This document shows positions 36,366 to 45,753 of a DNA stretch of 51,817 nucleotides, piece after piece; positions within the stretch are counted from its first letter, which is position 1, and each line of letters begins with the position of its first letter. The translations under genes and the position numbers were made by a program. This DNA is from Thermoanaerobaculales bacterium (GTDB lineage: Bacteria > Acidobacteriota > Thermoanaerobaculia > Thermoanaerobaculales > Sulfomarinibacteraceae). The stretch lies in assembly GCA_024763555.1 (NCBI GenBank), contig JANTFG010000002.1, forward strand, positions 1-51,817, read 5' to 3'. The notes under the pieces are model-generated. The model was not told the DNA's origin. It saw only the letters and a program-made list of their open reading frames with translations, and made no database searches.

Positions 36366-36928
36366 GTACTAACCGGGCTTTGATGCGTGTTTTCCGGCTT
36401 TTCTTTCGCCTCGAGAAGAAGAGTCTCCGCCTTCCTCCCACGATCCGGCAGATCCAGAAGGGCGCCCGGGCCCAGCCAGAGATGCAGACTCCTGCCCAGG
36501 ACCTGGAGTGTCAACAGCCTGAGATCAAGCTCCGGAGGCAGATATTCCCTGAGATCCACAACGACGATTCCGTGCCCGGAAAGAACTTTGAGTCTTCCGC
36601 CTCCAAATCTCTCAAGGAGGCCCTCGATCACACGCTGGGGGACCCTCACTCCGTGAAGCACTTTCAGCTTCCCCAGCCGAAATCCCAGACGGCGGGAGCG
36701 AAGGCGGATTTCGCGGATTTCGAGCCGGACCCGCGAGGAAACTCCCTTCCAGTGAATCGTGGCATTGACCTGGAGCACATCCGCCCAACCGCCGATCGTG
36801 ACATCCGAGACCATTTCGACTGCTCGAAGGCCTTCCTCGATCCTGGTCTCGATCGACCCGAGATCCAGCACCAGGTGCATTCCGTCCCAGCGCAGGAGCG
36901 CACGATCAAATAAAACATCCGCCATCAT
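36362..36928 (-). CDS. hypothetical protein
   Basis: This 188-aa ORF has normal composition and sits in the same orientation as the downstream ribosomal genes. No family is recognised. Confidence 0.5.
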   Translation of the reverse strand: MMADVLFDRALLRWDGMHLVLDLGSIETRIEEGLRAVEMVSDVTIGGWADVLQVNATIHWKGVSSRVRLEIREIRLRSRRLGFRLGKLKVLHGVRVPQRVIEGLLERFGGGRLKVLSGHGIVVVDLREYLPPELDLRLLTLQVLGRSLHLWLGPGALLDLPDRGRKAETLLLEAKEKPENTHQSPVST

Positions 36929-36955
36929 CTCGATGATATACCAAAAGGCCCTGGA

Positions 36956-37224
36956 TCGGGGCCGGAGTCCGGATCCCGTTGCTGCTCCCGCCCCTGCCGC
37001 TTCTCCGGCTCCGGCCTCGGTTTGCCGTTTCGGATCTCAAGACATGCTCAGCGACAGTGAAGGAAGCAGGATCAGAATCAGCGGCAGTCTCAGGCGCAAT
37101 GCGCGTTCAGCCTGTTCCATTCAGGAACCCACCAACGCGTCGGCCCCGGATTCGGCTCCGGATGTGCGACTTCGGCCCCGGCTCCCTGCTCCTGCTCCTG
37201 CTCCTGTTCCTGCTCCGGCCCCGG
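36956..37224 (+). repeat. composite intergenic element, copy with weak core (R6)
   Basis: The ends TCGGGGCCGGA (36956..36966) and TCCGGCCCCGG (37214..37224) form a 10/11 inverted repeat. The GCTCCGGATGTGCGACTTCGG box is at 37155..37175. (CTCCTG)x3 at 37189..37206 is the reverse-complement hexamer of (GGAGCA)n at 6903..6926. Confidence 0.6.
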
Positions 37225-37425
37225 CGCCAGACCTGACATGGTGTGAATCTCGCAGCGATTGGCATGACGAGTTCCGGAAACCCTTTGTTCACGGCAATGC
37301 TCCGGGGTAACATGCTGCTGATATCTTTCGCAACCAATTCATGCACCAGGGCTTGCGCAGAGCACAGTGTCCTCTCAGCATCATCCAGTTTCCGGCCGAA
37401 GGGAGGATGAGCTACACTGTTCGGC

Positions 37426-38427
37426 GTGCATGACCTCGAATCACTTTTCCGGATTGTCGACCGTTTCAGGGAAACACGAGTTCTTCTGCTGGGGGACCTC
37501 GTCCTGGACCGCTTTATCCTGGGAACTCCGAAACGGATCTCACGGGAAGCGCCGGTCATCATTCTTCGGCATGAGGGTCAGGAAGACATCCCCGGTGGAG
37601 GAGCCAATTCTCTCGCCAACCTCCAGGCGCTCGGGGTGAATGTTCTGCCGATCGGCTTCGTCGGCGCCGATGAACCCGGCGAGGCGCTTCTGAAGGCTCT
37701 CAAAGCCCGCAACATCAACACGGAAGCCATCTCCCGGGTTCCCGGCTACCGAACTCCGATGAAGGTCCGGATTCTGGGTGGAGGCGCCTCCAGTCTCAAA
37801 CACCAGGTCGCCCGCTACGATGTGGAAGACAGCCTTCAGCTTGATGGCGACAGAGTCCGGGAGCTGAAGGGGCGGCTCAAGGAATTGATCAAGACCAGCC
37901 AGGCTCTGGCGCTCTCTGACTATGGCTATGGAGCCGTACCCCTTGAGGCATTCAGGGGCCTTGAGCGTCCCCGTTCCTCCTGGATCTGCCTGGATTCCCG
38001 TCGCCGAATCGGGGATTTTCATGGTGTGGACGGCGTGACACCAAATCTCGGCGAGCTGGAAGCCTGGGCCGGAAAAGAACTTTCGGACGACGAGGAAATC
38101 AGCAATGCCGCTGAATCGCTCAGGACGAATCTCGGCGCGCGTTTCATTCTGGCGACCCGCGGAAATCAGGGAATGACCCTGGTTCAGGAGGAAGGTCAGC
38201 CGCTTCATCTCCCGGTCTTCGGTACGGATGAAGTCGCCGACGTCACGGGTGCCGGCGACACAGTCCTTGCAACCCTGATCGCGGCCCTCGCCGCGGGCGC
38301 CCAACCGGCCGAAGCAGCGCAGCTTGCAAATATTGCCGGGGGACTGGTCGTCATGAAACTGGGAACCGCGACGATCTCGGCAGGGGAGCTCCGCGAAGGC
38401 ATCCGGCGCTGGGGGCGGGGCGCATGA
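37426..38427 (+). CDS. hldA: D-glycero-beta-D-manno-heptose-7-phosphate kinase (RfaE/HldE domain I, PfkB family)
   Basis: VLLLGDLVLDRFILGTPKRISREAPVIIL resembles the HldE N-terminal domain, and a PfkB C-terminal motif DVTGAGDT is present. The start is GTG. Confidence 0.85.
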   Translation: MHDLESLFRIVDRFRETRVLLLGDLVLDRFILGTPKRISREAPVIILRHEGQEDIPGGGANSLANLQALGVNVLPIGFVGADEPGEALLKALKARNINTEAISRVPGYRTPMKVRILGGGASSLKHQVARYDVEDSLQLDGDRVRELKGRLKELIKTSQALALSDYGYGAVPLEAFRGLERPRSSWICLDSRRRIGDFHGVDGVTPNLGELEAWAGKELSDDEEISNAAESLRTNLGARFILATRGNQGMTLVQEEGQPLHLPVFGTDEVADVTGAGDTVLATLIAALAAGAQPAEAAQLANIAGGLVVMKLGTATISAGELREGIRRWGRGA

Positions 38428-38945
38428 GGGCCGGGAGAGAAACGGATCATCCCGAAGCCAAGCTGATTTCCCGAAGGGAAGCGCTCAGACTACGGGAAGA
38501 ATGGAAAGAGAAGGGCCTTCGCCTCGTCGTGGTCAACGGGGCCTTCGACATGCTGCATGTCGGCCACCTTCGCTACCTGTCGGAGGCACGGGGCAGCGGA
38601 GACATCCTCCTTCTGGCCCTCAATTCCGATGCCTCCGTGCGGAGTTCCAAGGGCCCGCTACGGCCGATTATCCCGGAATCGGAACGAGCCGAGATCCTCT
38701 CTCATCTGTGGATGGTTGATTACATTCTGCTTTTCGATGAGAAATCGGTAGGGCCTCTGCTTGAAGAACTTCGCCCGGAGATTCATGCCAAGGGCAGGGA
38801 CTATAAGGTGGACACCGTACCCGAGCGATCGATTGTCGAGGCCTACGGCGGAGAAACCCTCATCTGCGGGGATCCGAAGGACCATGCGACGACCGATCTC
38901 ATCGGACGGATCCTCGATCGATTCGGACGGGGCGGATGCGACTGA
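38424..38945 (+). CDS. hldC: D-glycero-beta-D-manno-heptose 1-phosphate adenylyltransferase (RfaE/HldE domain II)
   Basis: It has the cytidylyltransferase motif VVNGAFDMLHVGHLRYL and overlaps hldA by 4 nt. Confidence 0.85.
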   Translation: MRAGRETDHPEAKLISRREALRLREEWKEKGLRLVVVNGAFDMLHVGHLRYLSEARGSGDILLLALNSDASVRSSKGPLRPIIPESERAEILSHLWMVDYILLFDEKSVGPLLEELRPEIHAKGRDYKVDTVPERSIVEAYGGETLICGDPKDHATTDLIGRILDRFGRGGCD

Positions 38946-40024
38946 TCCTGATCCGGCTCTCCGCCCTGGGAGATATCGTTCATACCTGGCCCCTGGCGCA
39001 GGCTCTCCGCGACTTCAACCCGAAACTCCATCTCAGTTGGATCGTCGAGCGCCCTTTCCGCAGCCTGGTAGAGGGCCACCCGGCAGTTGACAGTGTCTTT
39101 GAGACCTCGACCGGGAGGTGGCGCAAAAGCCCTTTTTCGGGGAAGACGCGCCATGAGATCGGAATGCTCAGGACCAGCCTGCATGAGCTGAGTCCGGACA
39201 TCGCTCTGGATTCTCAGGGCACCATAAAATCGGCATGGGTCTCCCGATGGACGGGCGCCTCTGAGAGGGTCGGACTTGCCCGTCCCTGGCGAAGGGAGTG
39301 GCCCGCGGGTTTCTCTTATGACCGTTGCCTCCCGGGAAGCGAAAGGGACCATGTCGTCGAAACGAATCTCGCCCTCCTCCGCGTCCTGGACCCGAAACTC
39401 CCACTACCCAGGCTCAAGCCGGACGGCGCCTGGTTCCTTGAGAAAGCCCTCGAGGCATACCCGGATTTCTCCATTCCAGGAGAGGATTACGGAGTAATTT
39501 TCCCCGGAGCGGGCCGGGAAGAGAAAATCCTGCCGATTCCTCTGCTGGCGGAAATCGCTCAGGGCATGTTTTCCAGGGCTTTGAAACCGATCATCGCCTG
39601 GGGACCGGGTGAACGGGAGCGCGCCTTAGAGATTGCTTCATCAAGTCCTGCGGAGATCGCTCCACCAACGAATCTCGAAGAGCTGGCCCTGCTGATCAGT
39701 GGGGCCCGGGTCATTCTCGGCGCAGACACCGGGCCGATTCACCTCGCGGCCAGCATTGGTCGGCCGGTTCTCGGGATTTTTCTGAACACCGATCCGCGGC
39801 GAAACGGCCCTCTCGGGCCAAGAGTATGCGTTTGCGATGCCACGCGACCCGGAACGAAAGTCCGACGCTCCTCCTCCCGTGCGCCGGCGGGAGCCCTCCC
39901 TGATTCTCAGAAGATCCTGAGACTTCTCGACGATCTTCTCCACGGGAAGGGTGCGGGTGGTACAATGGCGGAGGAAATGGAACAGCAGAAGGGGCACGAA
40001 GCAGATGCCGTTGAAAATTGGTGA
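38936..40024 (+). CDS. waaC: lipopolysaccharide heptosyltransferase (GT9, WaaC-like)
   Basis: MRLILIRLSALGDIVHTWPLAQALR is the typical GT9 heptosyltransferase N-terminus. ADTGPIHLAA lies near the C-terminus. Confidence 0.8.
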   Translation: MRLILIRLSALGDIVHTWPLAQALRDFNPKLHLSWIVERPFRSLVEGHPAVDSVFETSTGRWRKSPFSGKTRHEIGMLRTSLHELSPDIALDSQGTIKSAWVSRWTGASERVGLARPWRREWPAGFSYDRCLPGSERDHVVETNLALLRVLDPKLPLPRLKPDGAWFLEKALEAYPDFSIPGEDYGVIFPGAGREEKILPIPLLAEIAQGMFSRALKPIIAWGPGERERALEIASSSPAEIAPPTNLEELALLISGARVILGADTGPIHLAASIGRPVLGIFLNTDPRRNGPLGPRVCVCDATRPGTKVRRSSSRAPAGALPDSQKILRLLDDLLHGKGAGGTMAEEMEQQKGHEADAVENW

Positions 40025-41720
40025 AATCCTCCTTAAGGCGCAGTTGATCACGCAGGAGCAGCTCGACAAGGCTCTCGAGGAACAGAAACAATCCGGAGGC
40101 CGGGTCGGAGAACACCTTCTCCGGATGGGCTATGTCTCCGAGGAAGATATCCTGGACTGCTTCTCGCAGCAGTTCGGAGTACCCTCGATCAATCTCGCCA
40201 GTTTTGATATTGATGAGGCGGTCATCCGGCTGATTCCTGCCGATGTCGCCCGGAAATACCAATTCATCCCGGTCTCAAAGTCGGGCGCGACCCTGACGGT
40301 TGCCATGGCGGATCCGACCAACGTCTTTGCGATGGATGACATCACCTTCATCACGGGCTATCGGGTCGAGCCTGTCGTCGCCTCGGAAACTGCACTGCGT
40401 GAAGCGATCGACAAATATTACGGTACGACACACGCCATCGAGCTCAAGAAGGTCATGGACGATCTCTCGACCGTGGACGAAGCCTCGCTGGAGGTCCTCG
40501 AGGAAGAGGAAGAGCTTGATGTTGCCGACCTGGAGTCTTCGGCGGAAGAAGCCCCGGTCGTCCGCCTCGTCAATCTCATCCTGACCGATGCACTCAAACG
40601 CGGGGCCTCGGATATTCACATCGAACCTTATGAGAAGAGCTTCCGCGTTCGTTTCAGGATCGACGGAGTCCTTTATGAAATCATGAACCCTCCCCTGAAA
40701 CTGAAGGACGCGATCTCATCGAGAATCAAGATCCTGGCCAAACTCGACATCGCCGAGAAACGCCTCCCTCAGGACGGGCGCATCAAGATCAAGATGAAAT
40801 ACCAGGGCAAGCCGAAGGAACTTGACTACCGCGTCTCGACCCTCCCCACTCTCCACGGAGAGAAGATCGTCCTCCGTCTGCTCGACAAAGACAATTTGAT
40901 GCTGGATATGACCAAGCTGGGCTTTGAAAAGCCCAGTTTGAAAAATTTCGAGGAGGCCATCTTCTCACCTTACGGGATGGTGCTTGTCACCGGTCCGACG
41001 GGCTCGGGAAAAACGAATACGCTGTACTCGGCCATGTCGCGGATTAATACGCCCGAGACCAACATTATGACTGCCGAAGATCCGGTCGAATTTCAGTTGC
41101 CGGGTATCAACCAGGTTCAGATGAAAGAGAACATCGGACTGAACTTTGCCGCGGCACTCCGGTCATTCCTCAGGCAGGACCCCAACATCGTCCTCGTCGG
41201 CGAGATTCGAGACTTCGAAACGGCTGAGATCGCCATCAAGGCGGCGCTGACGGGTCACCTCGTCCTCTCGACCCTCCACACAAACGATGCTCCCTCGACG
41301 ATCAACCGACTGATGAATATGGGCATCGAACCTTTCCTTGTGGCCACATCCGTCAATCTGATTGTCGCCCAGAGACTCATCCGACGAGTCTGTCAGAAAT
41401 GCAAGGAGCCGGAAGACGCTCCGATCCAGGCCCTTCTCAACGTCGGATTTTCAGAGTCCGAGGCGCCGAATATTCAGCTCTACAAGGGACGGGGCTGCGA
41501 TGTCTGTAATCAGCGCGGTTACAAGGGACGGGTGGGCCTTTATGAAGTCCTGAAGGTCACCGAGGATATCCGTGAGATGATCTTATCCGGCGCCTCAGCC
41601 GTCGAGCTGCGGAATCGCGCCATTGAGGAGGGCATGATCACCCTCCGTCAGTCGGGGCTGCAGAAGATTCGCGACGGCGTCACTACGATTGAAGAAGTGG
41701 TTCGCGAGACGGTAATCTAG
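40005..41720 (+). CDS. pilB: type IV pilus assembly ATPase PilB (GspE family)
   Basis: It has an N-terminal MshEN/T2SSE_N domain (IGEILLKAQLITQEQLDKALEEQ), Walker A GPTGSGKTNT and a tetracysteine motif CQKC...CDVC. The start is set at ATG 40005, which overlaps the waaC end by 20 nt. Confidence 0.9.
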   Translation: MPLKIGEILLKAQLITQEQLDKALEEQKQSGGRVGEHLLRMGYVSEEDILDCFSQQFGVPSINLASFDIDEAVIRLIPADVARKYQFIPVSKSGATLTVAMADPTNVFAMDDITFITGYRVEPVVASETALREAIDKYYGTTHAIELKKVMDDLSTVDEASLEVLEEEEELDVADLESSAEEAPVVRLVNLILTDALKRGASDIHIEPYEKSFRVRFRIDGVLYEIMNPPLKLKDAISSRIKILAKLDIAEKRLPQDGRIKIKMKYQGKPKELDYRVSTLPTLHGEKIVLRLLDKDNLMLDMTKLGFEKPSLKNFEEAIFSPYGMVLVTGPTGSGKTNTLYSAMSRINTPETNIMTAEDPVEFQLPGINQVQMKENIGLNFAAALRSFLRQDPNIVLVGEIRDFETAEIAIKAALTGHLVLSTLHTNDAPSTINRLMNMGIEPFLVATSVNLIVAQRLIRRVCQKCKEPEDAPIQALLNVGFSESEAPNIQLYKGRGCDVCNQRGYKGRVGLYEVLKVTEDIREMILSGASAVELRNRAIEEGMITLRQSGLQKIRDGVTTIEEVVRETVI

Positions 41721-41739
41721 GCGGGAGAAAGGAACGTCA

Positions 41740-42867
41740 ATGGCTACAAAGACCAGCCTGCATCAGCTGCTCAAGACCATGGTTGAAATGGGAGGAACCG
41801 ACCTTCATATCACAACCAAGTCCAAACCTCTCGTTCGGATTCACGGTGTCCTCGAACGTCTGGAGGACCAGGACGAACTGAGCGCAATCGATACCAAGAA
41901 GCTGGCATATTCCATCCTGACGGACGCACAGAAGCATCGCTTCGAAGAAACGATGGAACTGGATATTTCCTTTGGAGTCAAGGGACTTGCGCGCTTCCGA
42001 GCCAATATCTACCAGCAACGGGGCGCGGTAGCCGGGGCCTTTCGTCGGATCCCCTATGAAATTCTTGGCTTCAAAGAACTGGGGCTCCCCTCAGTTGTCG
42101 AGAGCCTCTGTACCAAGCCGAGGGGCCTGGTGCTGGTGACCGGACCGACGGGCTCCGGTAAGAGTACGACCCTGGCCGCAATGATCGACAAAATCAATCG
42201 TGAAAAGAAGGTCCATATCCTCACCATCGAAGACCCGGTGGAATACCTTCACTCCCACAAGGTCGCCATGGTCAATCAACGTGAGCTGCACGCGGACACC
42301 CTTTCCTTCCCGGGGGCCCTGCGCTCCGTTCTTCGGGAAGATCCCGATGTGGTCCTCATTGGTGAGATGCGAGATCTGGAGACCATTGAATCGGCTCTCA
42401 GGATCGCCGAGACCGGTCACCTGACCTTTGCAACACTGCACACAAACTCAGCCCCGCAAACGATTAACCGGATCGTCGACGTTTTTCCGGAGCACCAGCA
42501 GGCACAGATCCGGGCCCAGCTCTCCTTTGTGCTCGAGGGCATCATCTGTCAGACTCTCCTCCAGAGAGCCAGCGGCAAGGGACGAGCTTTGGCCTGCGAA
42601 ATTCTGATCCCGAATTCGGGTATCAGAAATCTGATTCGAGAAGACAAAATTCACCAGATCTACTCCATGATGCAGACCGGGCAGATTCGCTACGGGATGC
42701 AAACCTTCAACCAGTCGCTGGCGGCTTTGTACCAGCGCAGGATGATCTCACTGCAGACGGCCATGTCCCACAGCTCTCTTCCTGATGAGCTTCAGGACAT
42801 GTTGAATCGGGGTATCGGAGCGCCGCCGTCTGCATCACCGGATGTGAAGCGAAAACGGAGGTCCTGA
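41740..42867 (+). CDS. pilT: twitching motility ATPase PilT
   Basis: GGTDLHIT, Walker A GPTGSGKSTT and AETGHLTFATLHTN are present. Confidence 0.92.
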   Translation: MATKTSLHQLLKTMVEMGGTDLHITTKSKPLVRIHGVLERLEDQDELSAIDTKKLAYSILTDAQKHRFEETMELDISFGVKGLARFRANIYQQRGAVAGAFRRIPYEILGFKELGLPSVVESLCTKPRGLVLVTGPTGSGKSTTLAAMIDKINREKKVHILTIEDPVEYLHSHKVAMVNQRELHADTLSFPGALRSVLREDPDVVLIGEMRDLETIESALRIAETGHLTFATLHTNSAPQTINRIVDVFPEHQQAQIRAQLSFVLEGIICQTLLQRASGKGRALACEILIPNSGIRNLIREDKIHQIYSMMQTGQIRYGMQTFNQSLAALYQRRMISLQTAMSHSSLPDELQDMLNRGIGAPPSASPDVKRKRRS

Positions 42868-42868
42868 G

Positions 42869-44071
42869 ATGGCAAATTACCAGTGGAAAGGGCGAGACCG
42901 GAACGGTAATCCCCAATCAGGGGTTATGGCAGGTGACAGCAAAGAGGCTGTCATCGCTGCACTCCGCAGGCAGCAGATTCTGGTCACGACGGTCAAGGAG
43001 AAGGGCAAAGAAATCGCCCTTCCAAAATTTGGGGGAGGTATCAAATCCAAGGATATCGCGGTCTTCACCCGCCAGTTCTCGGTGATGATCGATGCCGGTC
43101 TCCCGCTGGTCCAGTGTCTCGATATCCTGGGTCAGCAGCAGGAAAACAAGGGCTTCCAGAAGATCCTCGTACAAATCCGACAGGACGTCGAGGGAGGGTC
43201 TTCCCTCGCGGAGGCCATGCGCCGCCACCCCCAGGCTTTCGACGATTTGTACGTCAACATGGTGGCCGCCGGAGAGGCGGGCGGTATTCTCGATACCATC
43301 CTCCAGCGTCTCGCCGCATACATCGAGAAGTCCGTCAAACTCAAGGCCCAGGTGCGTTCCGCGCTGATCTACCCGATCGCCGTGATCAGCATTGCGGTCA
43401 TCGTCGTCTACGTCATCCTGTGGAAGGTCATCCCGGTCTTCTCGAGTCTCTTCGAAGGTCTTGGGGCTCAGCTCCCATTCCTGACAAGGTGGGTTGTGGC
43501 ACTTTCGAAGTTTATCGGCCATTTCTGGTGGCTGATCTTCATGGTCGTTTTTGCCACGATCTTCGGCTTGAGACAGTACTATCAGACCGAGCAGGGGCGA
43601 TATCAGATTGACCAGATCGTTCTGAAACTTCCCGTGCTGGGCCTCCTGATGCGGAAAATCGCAGTTGCCCGTTTCTGCCGGACTCTGGGAACACTCCTCT
43701 CCTCCGGCGTCGCGATCCTGGATTCGCTGGACATCACCGCACGGACCTCGGGAAATGCGGTCGTCGAAGAAGCGATCTTCGAGGTTCGTAAAGCAGTGGA
43801 GAGCGGTAAGACAATTGCCGAACCCCTCGCCCAGACCGGACAGTTTCCCCCCATGGTCTGTCAGATGATCGGGGTCGGCGAGCAGACCGGCGCCATGGAC
43901 ACAATGCTCTCCAAAATCGCCGACTTTTATGAAGACGAAGTCGATGCAGCGGTCGAAGGCATGATGTCTCTGATTGAGCCCGTGATTATCGCCTTCCTCG
44001 GCGTCGTCATCGGTGTCATCGTCGTTGCCATGTACCTGCCGATGTTCAGCCTGATCAGCCAGATCGGTTGA
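42869..44071 (+). CDS. pilC: type IV pilus platform protein PilC (GspF family)
   Basis: It has two GspF repeats, FTRQFSVMIDAGLPL and FCRTLGTLLSSGVAIL, and is 400 aa long. Confidence 0.9.
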   Translation: MANYQWKGRDRNGNPQSGVMAGDSKEAVIAALRRQQILVTTVKEKGKEIALPKFGGGIKSKDIAVFTRQFSVMIDAGLPLVQCLDILGQQQENKGFQKILVQIRQDVEGGSSLAEAMRRHPQAFDDLYVNMVAAGEAGGILDTILQRLAAYIEKSVKLKAQVRSALIYPIAVISIAVIVVYVILWKVIPVFSSLFEGLGAQLPFLTRWVVALSKFIGHFWWLIFMVVFATIFGLRQYYQTEQGRYQIDQIVLKLPVLGLLMRKIAVARFCRTLGTLLSSGVAILDSLDITARTSGNAVVEEAIFEVRKAVESGKTIAEPLAQTGQFPPMVCQMIGVGEQTGAMDTMLSKIADFYEDEVDAAVEGMMSLIEPVIIAFLGVVIGVIVVAMYLPMFSLISQIG

Positions 44072-45753
44072 TGTCAGAGAGAGAGCCAGTGACAACTAAA
44101 GCTGCGGGTGGAGCTATGACGCCACCCGCAGTTTTTCCTTCGCCCAATACGCTTCGCTGGCTTCTCGGCCTCCGGATCATTGTAATCTCAACCCTCTTTC
44201 TCGGGATCCTCCTGATCCAGGGCAGCAGCGAGAAAATCCTCCCCCTCCAGCATTTCTACGAAGTCATCCTCTCGACCTACGGACTCTCTCTGCTCTATAT
44301 CGGGCTCTATGCGGCCCGCCTCCACCTTCGCCTCCAAACGATCGTCCAGCTGGTCGGGGATATTGCCGTTATCACAGCCCTGGTCTATTTTACCGGCGGA
44401 GTCTACTCTCCCTTTTCCTTTCTCTATCTGGCCGTCATCGTATCCGCTGCGATCACTCTCCGCGGAGGAGGACTGATCTTTGCCGGCCTGTCCGCAGTGG
44501 CCTACGGCGGACTGATCGATCTCATCGTTTTCAAGGTCCTCAGGACTCCTCCGAATATCGGCGGCGCCACGACTCTTCCGCCCATTCCGAGGATCCTCTC
44601 CCAACTGCTGATCCATATCGTCGGTTTCGTTCTCGTCGCTCTCCTGGTTTCCTACCTTGCCGAGAATCTCCGCAAGGCACGGTCCCGACTCGTTGAGGTT
44701 CAGGAGCAATCGCGCAGGCTGCAAGCCGTCACCAGGCATGTGGTTCAATCCGTCAATGCCGGCATCATTGCCACTGATCTCGAAGGAAAAATCCTGCATA
44801 TCAATCCTGCAGGCCGCAAGATACTGAATCCTCCGGAGAATTTCTCCAATATCTATGAGATCCTCCCTCTGAAGGGAGATTCATTAAGAAACTCCCTGGC
44901 GAGGGTTCGCTCAACGGACACGCCGCTCCGTTTGAATGCCCACCACAAATTCACGGGACAGAGTCTCGGACTGACGATCGGCCCGCTGGAAGACGACAGG
45001 GGAGAGATCGTCGGCTTTATCTTCAATTTTCAGGATCTCAGCGAGATTGAAGCCATCCAGGAGCAACAGCTCCAACAGGAGAGGATGGCGGCGGTTGGTG
45101 AGATGGCCTCCCGAATGGCACACGAAATCAAGAACCCTCTGGCCGGCATCTCGGGATCGGCCCAGATGCTGGCTGCAACACGCGGGCTTGATGAACGCCA
45201 GAATCGTCTCCTCCAGATCCTTGTAGATGAATCCCAGAGGTTGTCGAAAATTCTCGACGACTATCTGAATTACTCCAGGTCTGAGACTTTGGAGCCGACC
45301 GTCTGTGACCTCGCGGTAGTCCTCAGAGAGTGCATTGAACTCCTCCGGGCCTCGCCGGAATTCCGATCGGAGCACCAGCTCATCTTTCGCGGACCGGAGA
45401 CGGCTCCGATTCTCGCTCACGAACATCTTCTGAGACAGATCTTCTGGAATATCGCACGAAACGCGTTGGCTGCGATGCCTGGGGAGGGTAGGCTCGAAAT
45501 TGAACTCGAAGAATTTCCCGGAAGACTCCTCCTGTCCTTTCGGGATAATGGGGAGGGCATGGATGAAGACTCCCGCCGCCAGGCTTTCGAGCCCTTCGTC
45601 TCCAACCGGCCGGGAGGAACAGGGCTTGGACTGGCCATCGTCTACAATGCCGTTGAACGCCATGAGGGGCGTGTCGAGATCGAGAGTCATCCAGAAGAGG
45701 GGACGACAGTGAGAATCGAACTACCAAGACGCCTGAATGAGGAGCAGCCATGA
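44068..45753 (+). CDS. pilS: PilS-like sensor histidine kinase
   Basis: The layout is a multi-TM N-terminus, a PAS-like region, the H-box MAHEIKNPLAGI and GTGLGLAIVYN. It lies upstream of and is coupled to an NtrC-type regulator. Confidence 0.8.
   Translation: MMSEREPVTTKAAGGAMTPPAVFPSPNTLRWLLGLRIIVISTLFLGILLIQGSSEKILPLQHFYEVILSTYGLSLLYIGLYAARLHLRLQTIVQLVGDIAVITALVYFTGGVYSPFSFLYLAVIVSAAITLRGGGLIFAGLSAVAYGGLIDLIVFKVLRTPPNIGGATTLPPIPRILSQLLIHIVGFVLVALLVSYLAENLRKARSRLVEVQEQSRRLQAVTRHVVQSVNAGIIATDLEGKILHINPAGRKILNPPENFSNIYEILPLKGDSLRNSLARVRSTDTPLRLNAHHKFTGQSLGLTIGPLEDDRGEIVGFIFNFQDLSEIEAIQEQQLQQERMAAVGEMASRMAHEIKNPLAGISGSAQMLAATRGLDERQNRLLQILVDESQRLSKILDDYLNYSRSETLEPTVCDLAVVLRECIELLRASPEFRSEHQLIFRGPETAPILAHEHLLRQIFWNIARNALAAMPGEGRLEIELEEFPGRLLLSFRDNGEGMDEDSRRQAFEPFVSNRPGGTGLGLAIVYNAVERHEGRVEIESHPEEGTTVRIELPRRLNEEQP

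Noticed and set aside
34457-36372. Two plus-strand ORFs of about 340 aa (34457..35488 and 35347..36372).
   Set aside because: They are antisense to rpsB, rpsI and rplM, which are unambiguous.
37230-37420. A possible four-helix-bundle N-terminal remnant on the minus strand beside the 36956..37224 element (AQALVHELVAKDISSMLPRS).
   Set aside because: Only a helix-like periodicity and a few matching residues support it. This cannot be distinguished from chance by eye.
42917-44095. A 392-aa minus-strand ORF.
   Set aside because: It is antisense to pilC (GspF family). It is very Asp/His/Gly-rich shadow sequence.
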